Shown here: positions 41,275 through 55,183 of the stretch, in pieces
Layout: the number at the start of each line of letters is the position of its first letter
Numbering within the stretch: position 1 is the first letter of the stretch
NCBI GenBank assembly: GCA_012295275.1
Contig: CM022678.1
Span: forward strand, 19,158,001-19,222,000
Length of the DNA: 64,000 nucleotides
Direction: 5' to 3'
Origin: Chrysomallon squamiferum
Taxonomy: Eukaryota > Animalia > Mollusca
Notes under the pieces: generated by a model
The model's input: the letters and a program-made list of their open reading frames with translations, nothing else
Told to the model about the DNA's origin: nothing
The model's database searches: none
Position numbers and translations under genes: made by a program

Positions 41275-42125
41275 ATTATTATTATTATTATTATTAATAA
41301 ACACTAAGATGAAAAGGTCAAAAGGTTGGTGTAGACATTTCAGCTGATAACAGAAACTTCAGACAAAGCTCTTTATGTAAAAACACCATGAATTAAAACA
41401 GCTTACACTTCGAACGCTCAATTACAAAATTGTGAAAACTATTCACATACAAAGACTTTATCATTAATACAATTCACTGATCTGGAGCCACAATAACACA
41501 CAAAACAATAAAAGATAAAAGGATACTCTAAATCAGCATTTTATTCAGGCATAATTACTTTGTATATAGATATAGACAGACAGAGATACAAAAACATATA
41601 ATTATATTATAATATATTATATTATAAATAAGCCATGATACTTATGTTACCCTTTACATTACACAAATTTCATTTCAACCATAACGTTTCATAAAGTTAT
41701 TGAAAAATATATTAAAATAACTGTAGACTGTCTTTACAACCTGTATACGTAGATTTAATTTTTCAAGCTATATATGTTTCAGATATATATATATATATAT
41801 ATTTATATTCTTAAAACTGAAAAAATACAGTAATCGAAAACATTTGCAGTCCAAACATTTTGTAGAAGGAATCCTAATATAAATATAATTATTAGCATAA
41901 TTGCTTTTGTTGCCGATCATCTTCATGTGATTATTATTGTTATTATGATTATTATTATTATTATTATTATTATTGTTATTAATATTATTATTAGTATTAT
42001 TATTCTTGTTTTTGTTGTTGTTCTTGTAGTAGTAGTAGTAATAATAGCAGTAGTAGTAGTAAAGACAGTCGAACAATCCATGCAGTTCAATTCAAATTAT
42101 TGTTAAGATCAGTAAATTACCACAT

Positions 42126-44262
42126 TTACAAATTGACGTCAGCATTAACAAGAAGTGGAAAAGTTTCCAGCAGCCAGTCCACTGCAGCTTTGTCGTCTGC
42201 TTGGTCTGGTGGAGTTTTTCCTGTTTTGAAATCATTCAGTTCAGTGACTTGGTGAGTCTCTCCTGATTTCAAGCATACAATTATCATATTCTCATTTCTG
42301 GTAGCAGTTGCTATTGCCAAATCAATCACCTGTTTCCAGTGTGTGTTTGGGGTATCCGAATTAACAACTACAACAATGCATCGAATAAGAGGCATCAGTT
42401 GTTCGTAAAAATAGATATCATCCATTCCTTCAAACGAAAGCTCATCATTTCTCGTGACTTTGAGACCTGTATAGTCTTCTATAACTTGCTGAATCTTGTT
42501 TGAAATGTGAGATGTTTCCCAGTCGTCTTTGTCATGGAGAATCATGACATCAGCGCCATTTATTTCATCTTCTTTGTTCGTTTTGTAATAGAACTTAAAA
42601 ATCCTCCTGAAACATGACCAAGCTTTACTCGGTGACTCGACTGTTGATAAGATATGCTGTGCTGTTTTCAGGTAAACTCGACTGATTAAAGGAACAACCT
42701 TATCAGCTTCTTGGGTGCCCATCAGCAGACTTACACAGAGTCTGGCATTTTCGTATTCTTTTTTATTAAGATATTCTTCTGCAATTCTAACCCAGTCCTC
42801 TAGTCCTTGTTCTTGGTCTTCAGTCTTCTCATGAATCGGAAGAAAATGGGCTAATTCACTGATCATCCAGTAGATACCTTCAACTTGCCACGGCATTGGT
42901 ACTTCAGGTAGACCATTCGTTTGCATCACAAAATCAGTTACTGTTTTAAAATATTTGTAAAGCACTTCAGGCGAAGAAGCTTCTATAGCAAGAATTTTGT
43001 AGTTTATCATTTCTTTCCTTAGCAAAGCCTTTTCGTCTGAAGAAAGACCCCTATTTTTACTTTTTTCAAATCGGATTTTACACAATTCCATACAGGCAGA
43101 AATTTCATAGAGTGGGTATGTATCAGCTTCCGCTCCTTCTATTACATCTCTTAAGACGGATTCACCATCTTCAAAGAATTTATTAGTGATGTAAGCAGAA
43201 GCCAAGTCAAGTGCGGCATCAAAATTTGTGCCGTGTGTGACTCAACGGCCTGTTTTAAAGTTTCTATCGCACGCTGAAATGTTTCTTGGTCATTTTCCGA
43301 TTTCGCTTTTTTGAGCAGAACCTTTCCCAGCTGATGAAGAGCATTTCCAGTAGGCCGAACCCTGATTGACTCTTCTAACAAACTCTCAGCTTTATCCAGT
43401 TGGTTTGTGTTTAGGAAATGCTTACCGCAGCTAGCAAGCACAAAGGGGACGTGTTTGCCTAAACAAAGAGCTTTATTAAAATATTCCTCACGCGAAAGCA
43501 GCTCAGTTTGTTGTTGCACCGCTTCTACGAGCTCAGTGTCTTCAAATGGAGTCCACCTCAATTCAAGCCGTTTCGCTAATTCCCCAAGCTCGGCATACGC
43601 CATGGCATTCAGTGGTTCTGGTCCTTTACTGTCGACATCCTGGAGCAGTTTACAGCATCTAATAGCGAGTTCAACGACATCCACACCTGACTGAATTGTA
43701 TAGCTTTGAACGAACAGAGATCGCCTAAGTGTTAGACCCTCACCAAATTTCCACTCGTATTCTTCAGTGTACTTCTCATTTAATTTTCTGTACAGCTTCA
43801 GAGCCTTTAGATAAGAAGCTGGTGTTAGTTTAGAGAAGCAATAAGCAAGTTCAGCTTCAGCTACAGCACGCAATCTGTCAAAGTCTCCCTCCAGGTTTTC
43901 CATTTCGATTAATTCTGATTCAGCAGAACGCTTATCCTGTTTTAACAGAAAACGCACACGATTTGCACGAGCTACAATGTTAGTAGGATCACGAAGATAA
44001 ACTTTTAATTTTTTCTCGATTTCCTTCTCTCGATCTCCTAGCAAAAACAGCAGGAAGGAGACAAAATTGTTGGTGCGAATGTAACTTATCTTTCCATTTT
44101 GATATTCTTAAATGTCATCTGATTTCTCTTCTTTCGGTTTTCCTTGAAACTTTTCAAGTAATTTTTCTCTAAGCCGTTTTGAGCAAAACATAAGATCTGT
44201 AAGATGAAAAGAGTGAGGAAACGATTCCAGTCTCTCTTCGAAGGAAATGTCCTCGTGTGTTG
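42126..44262 (-). pseudogene. Copy F: disrupted paralog, counterpart of E
   Basis: Acceptor mutated to tttttcac|ca. Stop at 44108-44110. The 1-nt frameshift at about 43241 is shared with E (gttgagtcacacacggc). The 359-codon 3' ORF is open. Confidence 0.9.
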
Positions 44263-44361
44263 GTGAAAAAATATAAATAATTGGAATTTGCTGAAGGCGA
44301 AAAAAACGTCGTCTTCTTCTTCTCCTTTTTCTTCTTCTTCTTCTTCTTCTTATTATTATTA

Positions 44362-44444
<83 letters not shown>

Positions 44445-45154
44445 TTGTATTTCTCTCGTTTCCAAATGTATGGTTTCAACTAATAATAATAATAATAATA
44501 TTAATAATAATACACATTTTGCCTCATATATCTGGACACTTGATTTATTTATTTTTTATTAATAACATATTTGTTATCGTAATAACATATTTAAATCAAA
44601 CTTCCACATTCTCAATGTATGTTCCTTACTCTCAAACGAACAGTCAAAAACTGCGATATTTTTATTTTTTCAATGTTATATAAATCAGGTGTCTACTTTC
44701 CTCATTGAAATTAGAACAGTCTACCCAGTAAATGTAGATAAACAATCTCTATAAGGTACTTATGACCTCGTCGCATGAATATAAACAACAGCTCCTTATT
44801 ATACGTACGTGCTCTTTAGGTTATCAGAGTCCATTTTATTATCAAATTGCTAATGCAATATAAAACTGAGTTTTTCGAGATCAGTTTGATCGTGAGATAT
44901 TCCTAAATTTATTTTGACTTTTGTCTTAGTTTTATATATATTTCTCCTCATATTTTATAATTGTTGTTAGTGTTATTGTTGTTGTTGTTGTTGTTGTTAT
45001 TATTATTATGAATCAATTTCTCTCTCTTTTTATTCTTTGAAATCCCGCCTTCAATGACGTTGTTCTATGTGTACTTTCTCTAGACCTAACAAAAATGTGT
45101 CAGCACTGAATCATTAGTCTTCTTCTTTCTCTTCTTCTTAATTTTCTTCTTCTT

Positions 45155-45226
<72 letters not shown>

Positions 45227-45670
45227 TTATATTCCTCTCGTTTCCAGAGGTATGGTTTCAACTAATAATAATAACAAGAAGAAGAAGAAGAAGAAAAAGA
45301 AGAATATGAAGAAGAAGAAGAAAAGGATTGTTTTCAGTCACATAAAAGAACAATAAACAAATAAATAAATGAAATATCTCCAGTTTTTAACTACGTATTA
45401 CATACAGCTCTATACCATTCTTTACATTTATAAGGTTACGTGAAGTAAACATAGCGAACTAGTCATAGTATAACAGCATAGAAACTCAAACGTGTTTGTG
45501 AAATTAGATCAGTGATATTTTCAATAAATATAGCGAGTAAACAGATCCAGAAGATATAAGAAATATAAGAATTTTTCCTTTACAAAGCTGTGTAGTGTTT
45601 AGCATAGACTCTAGGTGAGACACTATTCAGCGAAATGACATGCATCTACATTTTATATGTTAATAATTAA

Positions 45671-45729
<59 letters not shown>

Positions 45730-46257
45730 AGATTTTGCCTCGTATATCTGCAAACTTGATTTATTTATTTGTTATTGTTTAATATCATATTTGTTATCGT
45801 AATAACATATTTAAATCAAACTTACACGTTCTCGCTGGATGTTCCTTACTCTCAAACAACAGTCAACAACTGCGATAGCTTTCATTTTTCGGTGTCATAT
45901 AAATCAGGTGTTTACACAGTAAATGTAGATTAACAATCTATATAAGATATGTATGACCTTCTCGCATGACAACAATATAAACACATTAACTACAACAGCT
46001 TCTTATCATGTCTACGTGCTCTGTAAGCTATCATGCCCGGTCCTAGTCCATTTTACTATCAAATTACTAATTCTATATTGAAGGTTTTCTAACAGAATTC
46101 GATAAGTAGCTTTAAATATTAAAATTAAAAATATTAAATTTAAACAAATATATTTTGTGTGAAAATCGAGATCTGTCTGATCGTGAGGCCTTCCTAATTT
46201 ACTTTTTACTTGATGTCATCTTTCTTCTTCTTCTTCTTCTTCTTATTATTATTATTA

Positions 46258-46325
<68 letters not shown>

Positions 46326-46457
46326 AACCATATACTTGCAAAAGCCAGGAATAAGAACATCTTTAAAAATATATAAGATACTAATAAAAGGAGATATCTA
46401 TGTTTTATTTTTCACTTATTATTTTGATTTTTTATTACTTTTTTATTATTATTATAA

Positions 46458-46497
<40 letters not shown>

Positions 46498-47428
46498 TTT
46501 AGATAACATAAAACAATAATAAACAAATAAATAAATGAAATATCTCAGGTTTCTAACTAGGCAGGCCCAGCAGCTCCGTACCCTTATTTACATTTATGAG
46601 CGTACGTGAGGTAAACATAGCGCACTTATCAGCCTATGTATAACAGCACAGAAAAAGAAACGTGTTTGCAAAATTAGATCACGGAGTTTGAATTAAATGC
46701 AGCGAGTAAACAGATCCAGAAGATATAAGAAATATTTATTAGTAGCGTTTTCTTTCTTTCTTTCTTTCTTTCTTTTTCTAGTACTTTGAGGAACCAAAGC
46801 TGTGCAGTGTTTAGCATACTTTCTGGGTCAGAGAATGGAACCGAAATAACCTGCGTCTACATTTTAAACGCAAAAAATTGAAATACTAAAATAATAATAA
46901 TTATTATAAACAGATTTTTGTCTCATATTTCTGTAACACTTGATTTATTTCTATAAGTTACAAAAAATAAATAAATAAATAAATAATGAAAAAACAAAGA
47001 AACAAACAAACAAAAACATTGTAATAACAGATTTTAAATCAAACTTGCACATTCTCTCTGGACGTTCCTTACTCTCAAACGAACAGTCCAAAACTTTTTG
47101 CTTTACTATTTCAATGTCATATAAATCAGGTGTCTACTTTCCTTATTTAAATTCGAAGAGTCAATACAGTAAGTGTAGATAAACAATCTATGTAAGGTGT
47201 GTACGACAACAATATAAACACATTCACGACTACAGCTCCTTATTATGGCTAGGTGCTCTTTAGGTTATCATGCCCGGACAGAGTCCATTTTATTATGAAA
47301 TTGCTAACACAATATAAAACTGAGTTTTTCGAGATGAGTTTGATCGTGAGGTCCTCCTAATTTTATTTTTACTTTTTTCTTAACTTTTACATATATTTTT
47401 AAGTTCTATTATTGTTGTTGTCGGCGTT

Positions 47429-47512
<84 letters not shown>

Positions 47513-47694
47513 TAATTTCAACGGTCAGGACAAGTATATTTACGCTATCCAATTCTAACTGCTGTTGGCAAACTTTAGCATCCAGTTTTGCAAATTTTTC
47601 TCTTATGTGCCAAGCGGAGTTTCGAATGTGTTGCGTCGTTTGCTGCTCTTTATAATAGAGTGTGTTAATAGATTATCCTTGAATCACGTGCAAA

Positions 47695-47921
<227 letters not shown>

Positions 47922-48555
47922 TTTGATGAGGTTTTGTTTAACGATGACACATGACAATAAAACTAATTTCTATCATGGCTTGGGAAAAATATTCTATAAT
48001 TATGTTACAGTGTTACAGTCTGTCTCTCTATATAGTGATGTGACGATCTTCATCTAAAATGTATTTATTGTTCATTCATCGCATTAGTACTGCCGATATT
48101 TTGATTTGTTCATTTAATTCGTTTTCTTTTATTTATTTTCTTTTATTTTTTTTTATTTTTTTTCAGAACCTCCGGTTTTGAAACTTGACTGGATAGTTGT
48201 TCCTTAACAAAACACGACACTGCTAATTTTTATTTATTTCCTTAACAATCATTATTATTATGATTAGTAGTCGTCGTAGAAATACTGTTAATAGGAACAG
48301 TAATGATAGTAGAAAGAGTAGTAGTAGAGTTTTAGTCGTTCATATTGTTTCTATATTTTAAATGTGAAACGAATTTGAAGATGAAAAAGAAATTCAAATT
48401 TAAATTAAATTCATTTTCACTGTATTATTCTTGCTGTCGTTGATGCCAATGATGTAATAGTAGTAATTGTCTTACTTGATGCCGTTCGTGTCGCCATTCT
48501 CGTCGTTGATGCTCTCAGTTTTATTGTTGTTTTCTATTTCTTCCCCGTTTTATTG

Positions 48556-48607
<52 letters not shown>

Positions 48608-49330
48608 GAAGCTGAAAAAGTCAAAATTTTGGTGTAAACATTTTATCTGATGGCAGTAACACAAAGCTTTTATATAAAAATAAGATTAATTAAAACTTGT
48701 TACAATCAAAAATACAAAAATACCGAACATTATTCACATACAAAGATTTTATTATTAACACAATTGGCTGACCAATAGGCACAATTACAATAAAAAACAA
48801 TAAAAATAGAAAAGGATATTCTATATCAGCATTTTAGTTACGCATAATTACTTTATATATAGATATAGACAGACAGATATATGAAAACATATATTATATT
48901 ACATTATATTATATTATATTATATTATATTATAAATAAGCCATGATACTTATATTACACTTTAGATTACACAAATTTAATTTCAATCATAAAGTTTTTGA
49001 AAAGTATATTAAAATAACTGTAGACCGTCTGTACAAACTGTATTCGTTGATTTAGTCTTTAGGCTATATATACTGTAGCATCTATTTATGGATTTATCTT
49101 TTGAAAACAGACCATATTTTCCTACTATCGTTTTACATTCCAAAAACTGAAAACTCAGTTAGCAAAAACATTTCCAATCCAACCATTCTGGAGAAGCGAT
49201 CCTTATCTAATTATAAGCATAATTGTTGTTGTTTATGTGATTATTATTATTATTGTTATTATTATTATTTTGATGAATAAACTCGAACAATCCATGCAGT
49301 TCAATTAAAATTCTAGTTAAGATTTGTAAA

Positions 49331-51821
49331 TTATCCATCAGCAAGAAGTGGAAAAGTTTCGAAAAGCCAGTCCACTGCACTTTTGTCGTCTGCATCGTCT
49401 AGCGGAGTTTTTCCTGTTTTGAAATTGTTCAGTTCAGTGACTTGGTGAGTCTCTCCTGATTTCAAGCATACAATCATCATCTTCTCATTCTTCGCAGCAG
49501 TTGCTATTGCCAAATCAATCACCTGTTTCCAGTGTGTGTTTGGAGTGTCGGAACTAACAACTACGACAATGCATCGAATAAGAGGCATCAGTCGTTTGTA
49601 AAAAGAGATATCATCCATTCCTTCAAAGGCAAGTTCATCATTCCTCGTGACTTCAAGACCTGTGTAGTGTCTAAGAATTTCCTGAATTTTCTTTGACATC
49701 TCAGATGTTTTGCAATCGTCTTTGTCATGGAGAATCATGATATCAGCAGCATTTATTTCACTTTCTTTGTTCGTTTTGTAATAGAACGCAAAAGTCCTTC
49801 TGAAACAAGACGTAGCTTTGCTCGGTGACTCGTCTCTTGATAGGATATGCTGTGCTGTTTTCAGGTAAACTCGACTGACGAGAAGAAAAGGAATATAATC
49901 AGCTTGTTGCGTACCCATCAACAGAATTATACAGAATCTGGCCTTTTCGTATTCTTGTCGATAAAGATATTTCTCTGTAGTTCCAATCCAGTGTTCAGGT
50001 CCCTGATACCGGTTTTTAATATTCTCATAAATCGGAAGAGTACGGCCCAATACACTGATCATGCTGTAAACATCTTTAACTTGCCACGGTATGTCTACTC
50101 CACGTGGACCTTTCGTTTGCATCAGCAAATCAGTTACTGTTCTGAAATGAGTCCGATATTTATACAGCACCTCGGACGCAGAAACTTCTATACCAAGGCT
50201 TTTATAGTTTATTTCTTCTTTTCTCAGCCGAGCCTGTTCATCTGGAGAAAGTAATTGACTTTTAGCTTTTTGAAAACAAATAATACCCATTTTCTTCAAA
50301 GCAGCAACTCTATAGAACGGACTGGTTTCAATTTCTTCTCTTTCTATTATATCCTTTAGAACTTCTTCAGCGTCTTCGTAACATTTTCTACTCATGTAAG
50401 CAGAAGCCGCGTGAAGTACAGCACTATAATTATAGCCGTGTGTTATAACAAAGGACTGTTTTAGATTCTTAATCGCACGCTGAAATTTTCTCGGGTTGCT
50501 TTCATTTTTCGTTTTTCTCAGCAGAACTTTTCCCAGGTTTTGAAGACCATATCCTGCCGGCCGAAGCCTCACTGACTCTTCTAACAATCTCTCAGCGTCA
50601 TCCAGTTGCCTTCTGTTTACGAAATGCTTACCGCAGCTTGCAAGTACAAAAGGGTTCTGCTTCTCTAAATCAAGAGCTTTCTGGAAATATTCCTCGCACG
50701 GAAGTAGTGTTGTTTGTTGCTTAAACCTTTCTACCACAATTTCATCATCAAATGGTGTGTTTCTTAATTCAAACCGAGTCGCGAATTCTCCGAGCTCAGC
50801 ATACGCCATCGCATTAAAAGGTTCTAATCCCTTACTGCCGACTTTGCAGCATCTAACAGCGTATTTAACGATATCGATACCTGTATGAAACGAATAGCTC
50901 TGAATGGACATAGTTCGTCTAAGTGTAAGACCCTCTCCAAATTTCCATTCGTATTCTTCTGGATATTTCTCGTTTACTTTTCTGTACAGTTCCACAGACT
51001 TTAGATAAGAAGCTGGTGAAATCCGAGCGTAGCAATAAGCAAGTTCAGCTTCAGCTACAGCACGCATTCTATCAACGTCTCCCTTCAGGTTTTCCAATTC
51101 AATTAATTCCAATTCAGCAGAACGCTTATCGTGTTTTAACAGAAAACGCACACGGTTTGCACGAGCAAAAATGTTAGTTGGGTCTCGACGACGGACTTCT
51201 AAATTTGTCTCGATTGCCTTGTCTCGATCTCCTAGCGCAAACTGCATGAAGGAAATAAAATTCACGTCTCGATTTCTTTCCATCTGTTTCTCTTCTTCCG
51301 GTTCTCGTTGTAACTTTAAAAGTATCTTTCCTCTACGTTGTTTAGTGCAGAGCATGAGATCTGTGAGATGAAAGGAATGATGAAACGATTCCAGACTCTT
51401 TTCCAAGGAAATGTCATCATCAGTACCTGAAAAATAAAATCTACATAATTGCAGATTTCTGAAAGAATAACTTCGGGGGAAAAGTACCTTTCTAAAGGTA
51501 AGATGTTCGAAATTGTTTTCTTTTAAAATTGCAGATTCGTAATCACATAATGCTTCATTTACTGAATGTCTCTCTCTCCATCTTAACTGTATAAATATGT
51601 GTGCGTGTGTTTGTCTGTGTTTTTATTCGGGTGTCTGAATATAAATGCCTATGAGAGAGAATAACGTGTGTATAAATATAAGTAGAAGAGTTTCGCCTGA
51701 AGCAGTAATGGATCAAAATACAATTGTTTCATTATCATTGTAATTAGTATTTCTCACCAATTTTTATCCTTGAAAAATCCTCTTCTAATGACGTTGTGCT
51801 GTGCGGTTTCTTCACAGCCAT
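49331..51821 (-). CDS. Copy G: IFIT/TTC22-like TPR-TIR protein, apparently intact, 719 aa, complement(join(49331..51426,51758..51821))
   Basis: Exon 1 encodes MAVKKPHSTTSLEEDFSRIKI and ends G|gtgag. The acceptor tttttcag|gt is in frame with the 691-aa ORF. A-type sequence with in-frame deletions of 2 and 4 aa and a C-terminus 4 aa shorter. Confidence 0.83.
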
Positions 51822-53535
51822 TATCCTGAAAGAAAGTTATACAATACTTTGGTGATTTCATTTTTCCAGTGTATTGAACATCATATATTTATGTCTATGT
51901 TCCGGTCACAGAATAATCAACTAAATTGCATGCGTCTCGATTTTAAAATTAATGAAGAACAATTAAAATATTCTATAAAAATGTAAATAAAAATTATAAC
52001 AATAAAAAGAAAGAAAGAAAGAAAGGAAACTGAAAAACGAAGAAAAAATAAACATTTGATCACCCTTAAATCAATACTAACTTCATTAGGCTATCAAAAT
52101 CTTACTGGTTCCACAAAAACATTGCCTTGGATTTATGAGTACCTTCCTTTTCTAAAACGGTAATGTTATGTATAGGTTTGACTATAAAACAAAATATTTT
52201 CATTTCGAAAGCAGATTCAAACCGATGAAAGGTTGCTTATAATTCCGATTATGATAATTATTATTATTATTGTTATTATCATTATTATTATTATTATTTT
52301 TGGTATTAGTATTATTATTTTCTTTCTATCTTTTTTCTTTTTACTTTTTATTTTTCCAGTCTACTAACCTGCAGAGAAATAAAACTTGTGCCACCTCAGT
52401 CTTGCCGATTCCAAAAATTCTTTCCCACCGATTTACGAGATCTTGTCTTTTCTGAGCTAAGTTGAATTCTATTTAACGTCTTGTGTTATTTGTTTATTAT
52501 ACTTCTTCCTAGAAATAACAGTTATATATCTAAGGGCAATTCATCAATCAGATGTTTATTTTAATGGTACCTTAACCTTTATTTCCTACGAAATGAGTCT
52601 ATTTAGTCAACGTGATAAACATACTGAAAACACGCATTACAAATTTTCGTGGAATTAGAAAAATAAGGAAAACTTTCGGCTATTGAATTCATTTCGCTAG
52701 ATGCTGCATTAAAGAACGTATATGGAAACATGAAACCAAATACATATTTATTTTCTACATAATTTATCTATTAAAGTTTTCCAACGTATCTAAACACAAT
52801 GAAAACAAACTAGACTAATTTTTGTGGACATAGAAATTAAAGCTAAATATTTGGATCAATGTTAAAATGAAATAGAACCCAACCAGTACCTAACACAGAT
52901 CTCTACTTTATATCTAATAACGCTAGGACCCCCGAGAGTTTTAATTGTTTTTTACTTTTATCATGCAACACGAGTTTAATGTGTGACTACTGTCACCCGA
53001 TATATAAACATACACATACAGAAACTGCTCTGTGAAATTAGGTTATTGAATTAGGTCACTGAAACACACCCGGAAGATGTAAGCAATATTGAGTAAGCTT
53101 TTTATAGTATAATTTATCAGTTTCTATAAAATGCAGAAACTGCACATATCTAATGTTTGTGTCAGAGAACAATCAAACAAATGACCTTCGTCTAGATTTT
53201 AAATTTAATAATGCTAAAATAAAATAATAAAAATAATTTTTTTTTTCCTTACCGTTATCTAAACACTGATATGTATTCGGCCATCAAAATGTTACTGGTT
53301 CGAAACAAAAAGCAATCTCATCGATTTACCAGTTTTTACCTTTCCTGAACTAAGCTGAAATTTTAGTTAAATTGCTGTGTTATTTGCTTCTTGGTCATAT
53401 GTAGATTACACTTCCTTGTTACTATAACTTATATATCAGTCACCTATTCGTGAATCATAGATATGATTTAATGGACAAGTAATGAACAAACTGTTAAAAA
53501 TGGTTGATATAAACTGAACAACAAATTTAAATCAA

Positions 53536-53590
53536 ACTTACACGTTCTCGCTGGTGTCACTTATAATGAAACGAACTGTCAGTTTATATA
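53536..53590 (-). promoter_or_regulatory. Candidate TATA, non-coding exon and GTAAGT donor for copy G
   Basis: Reverse complement of 4983-5037. Confidence 0.5.
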
Positions 53591-54404
53591 ACCACTATTT
53601 TCTTCTTTCCTTTTTAAATTCCACGAATCGGGTGAGTAAGAGGTGATAATCACTGTATTCTCTACATAAGACATGTTTTATAATAAGGCTGTGTTATATG
53701 TAGGTTTAAATAATGAGTAAAACATTGTTATTTGGAAAGTGACATGAATTTGATTTTTTATCATTATTATTATTATTATTACTACTATTATTATTATTAT
53801 TATTTATCAAGGGCATCAAGCTGAAAATGTCAAAAGACTGGTGTAGATATTCACCTCTTGACAGTAACTTCAGACAAAGCTCCTTATATAAAAGTACATT
53901 GAATTAAAACCCCTAAACTTCCACCTCTAAATTATAACATTACCAGAAATCATTCACATAAAAAAATTCATTATTGACACAGTTTTCTCTCTTGTAGGAA
54001 AAAAGAACAAATAGATAGAGCATTTTAAGAACAATTCCATTATGTACAGATAAGTAGAAAGAAACAGTATATATGTATATATATATATATGTAAGTCATA
54101 TCATATCATACATCAAATTACAGAAAAGCCGTAGTATTTACCTTGTCCTATTGACGCTTTAGATAACACAAATTTCATTTCAAGCATACAGTTTTTGAAA
54201 AACATACTAAAATAACAGTAGACTTTCTGTACAACCTATATACGTGGATTTCAGTTTTGACATATACAGCAGTAAGATCGATTTTCCTATTTTCCGACTT
54301 TATCCTCATATTCTCAAATCATTTTGGAGTAGGTTTCCTAATATAACATTAATTATTACTATAATTATTGTTGTTGTTGTCGTCGTTCTTAATCTTCATA
54401 TGAC

Positions 54405-54461
<57 letters not shown>

Positions 54462-55183
54462 GAAGCTGAAAAGGTCAACATGTTGGTGTAAACATTTCAT
54501 CTGATGACAGTAACAAAAAGCTTTTATATAAAAATAAGATTAATTAAAACTTGTTACACTTCCAACTCTAAATTACAAAAATACCAAAAATTATTCAGAT
54601 ACAAAGATTTTATTATTAACACAATTCGCTGACCAATAGGCACAATTACAATAAAAAACCAATAAACAGAAAAGGATACACTAAATCATCATTTTATTTA
54701 AGCATAATTACTTTATATATAGATATAGACAGACAGATAGACAAAAACATATATTACATTATATTATATTATATTATAAATAAACCACTTTAGATTACAC
54801 AAATTTAATTTCAACCATAAAGATTTTGAAAAGTATATTAAAATAACTGTAGACCGTCTGTACAACCTGTACACGTTGATTTAATCTCTAAGCTATATAT
54901 ACTGTAGCATCTATTTATGGATTTATCTTTTGAAAACAGACCATACTTTCCTACTATCGTTTTACATTCCAAAAACTGAAAATTCATTCCAATCCTTATA
55001 TAAATATAATTGTTGTTGTTCATGAGATTATTATTATTATTATTATTATCATTATTATTACAGTTATTATTATTGTTCTTCTTATTATTATTAGTATTAT
55101 TATTAGTATTATTTTGATGAATAAAGTCGAACAATCCATGCAGTGCAATTAAAATTCTTGTCAAGATCTGTAAAGTATCAAAT

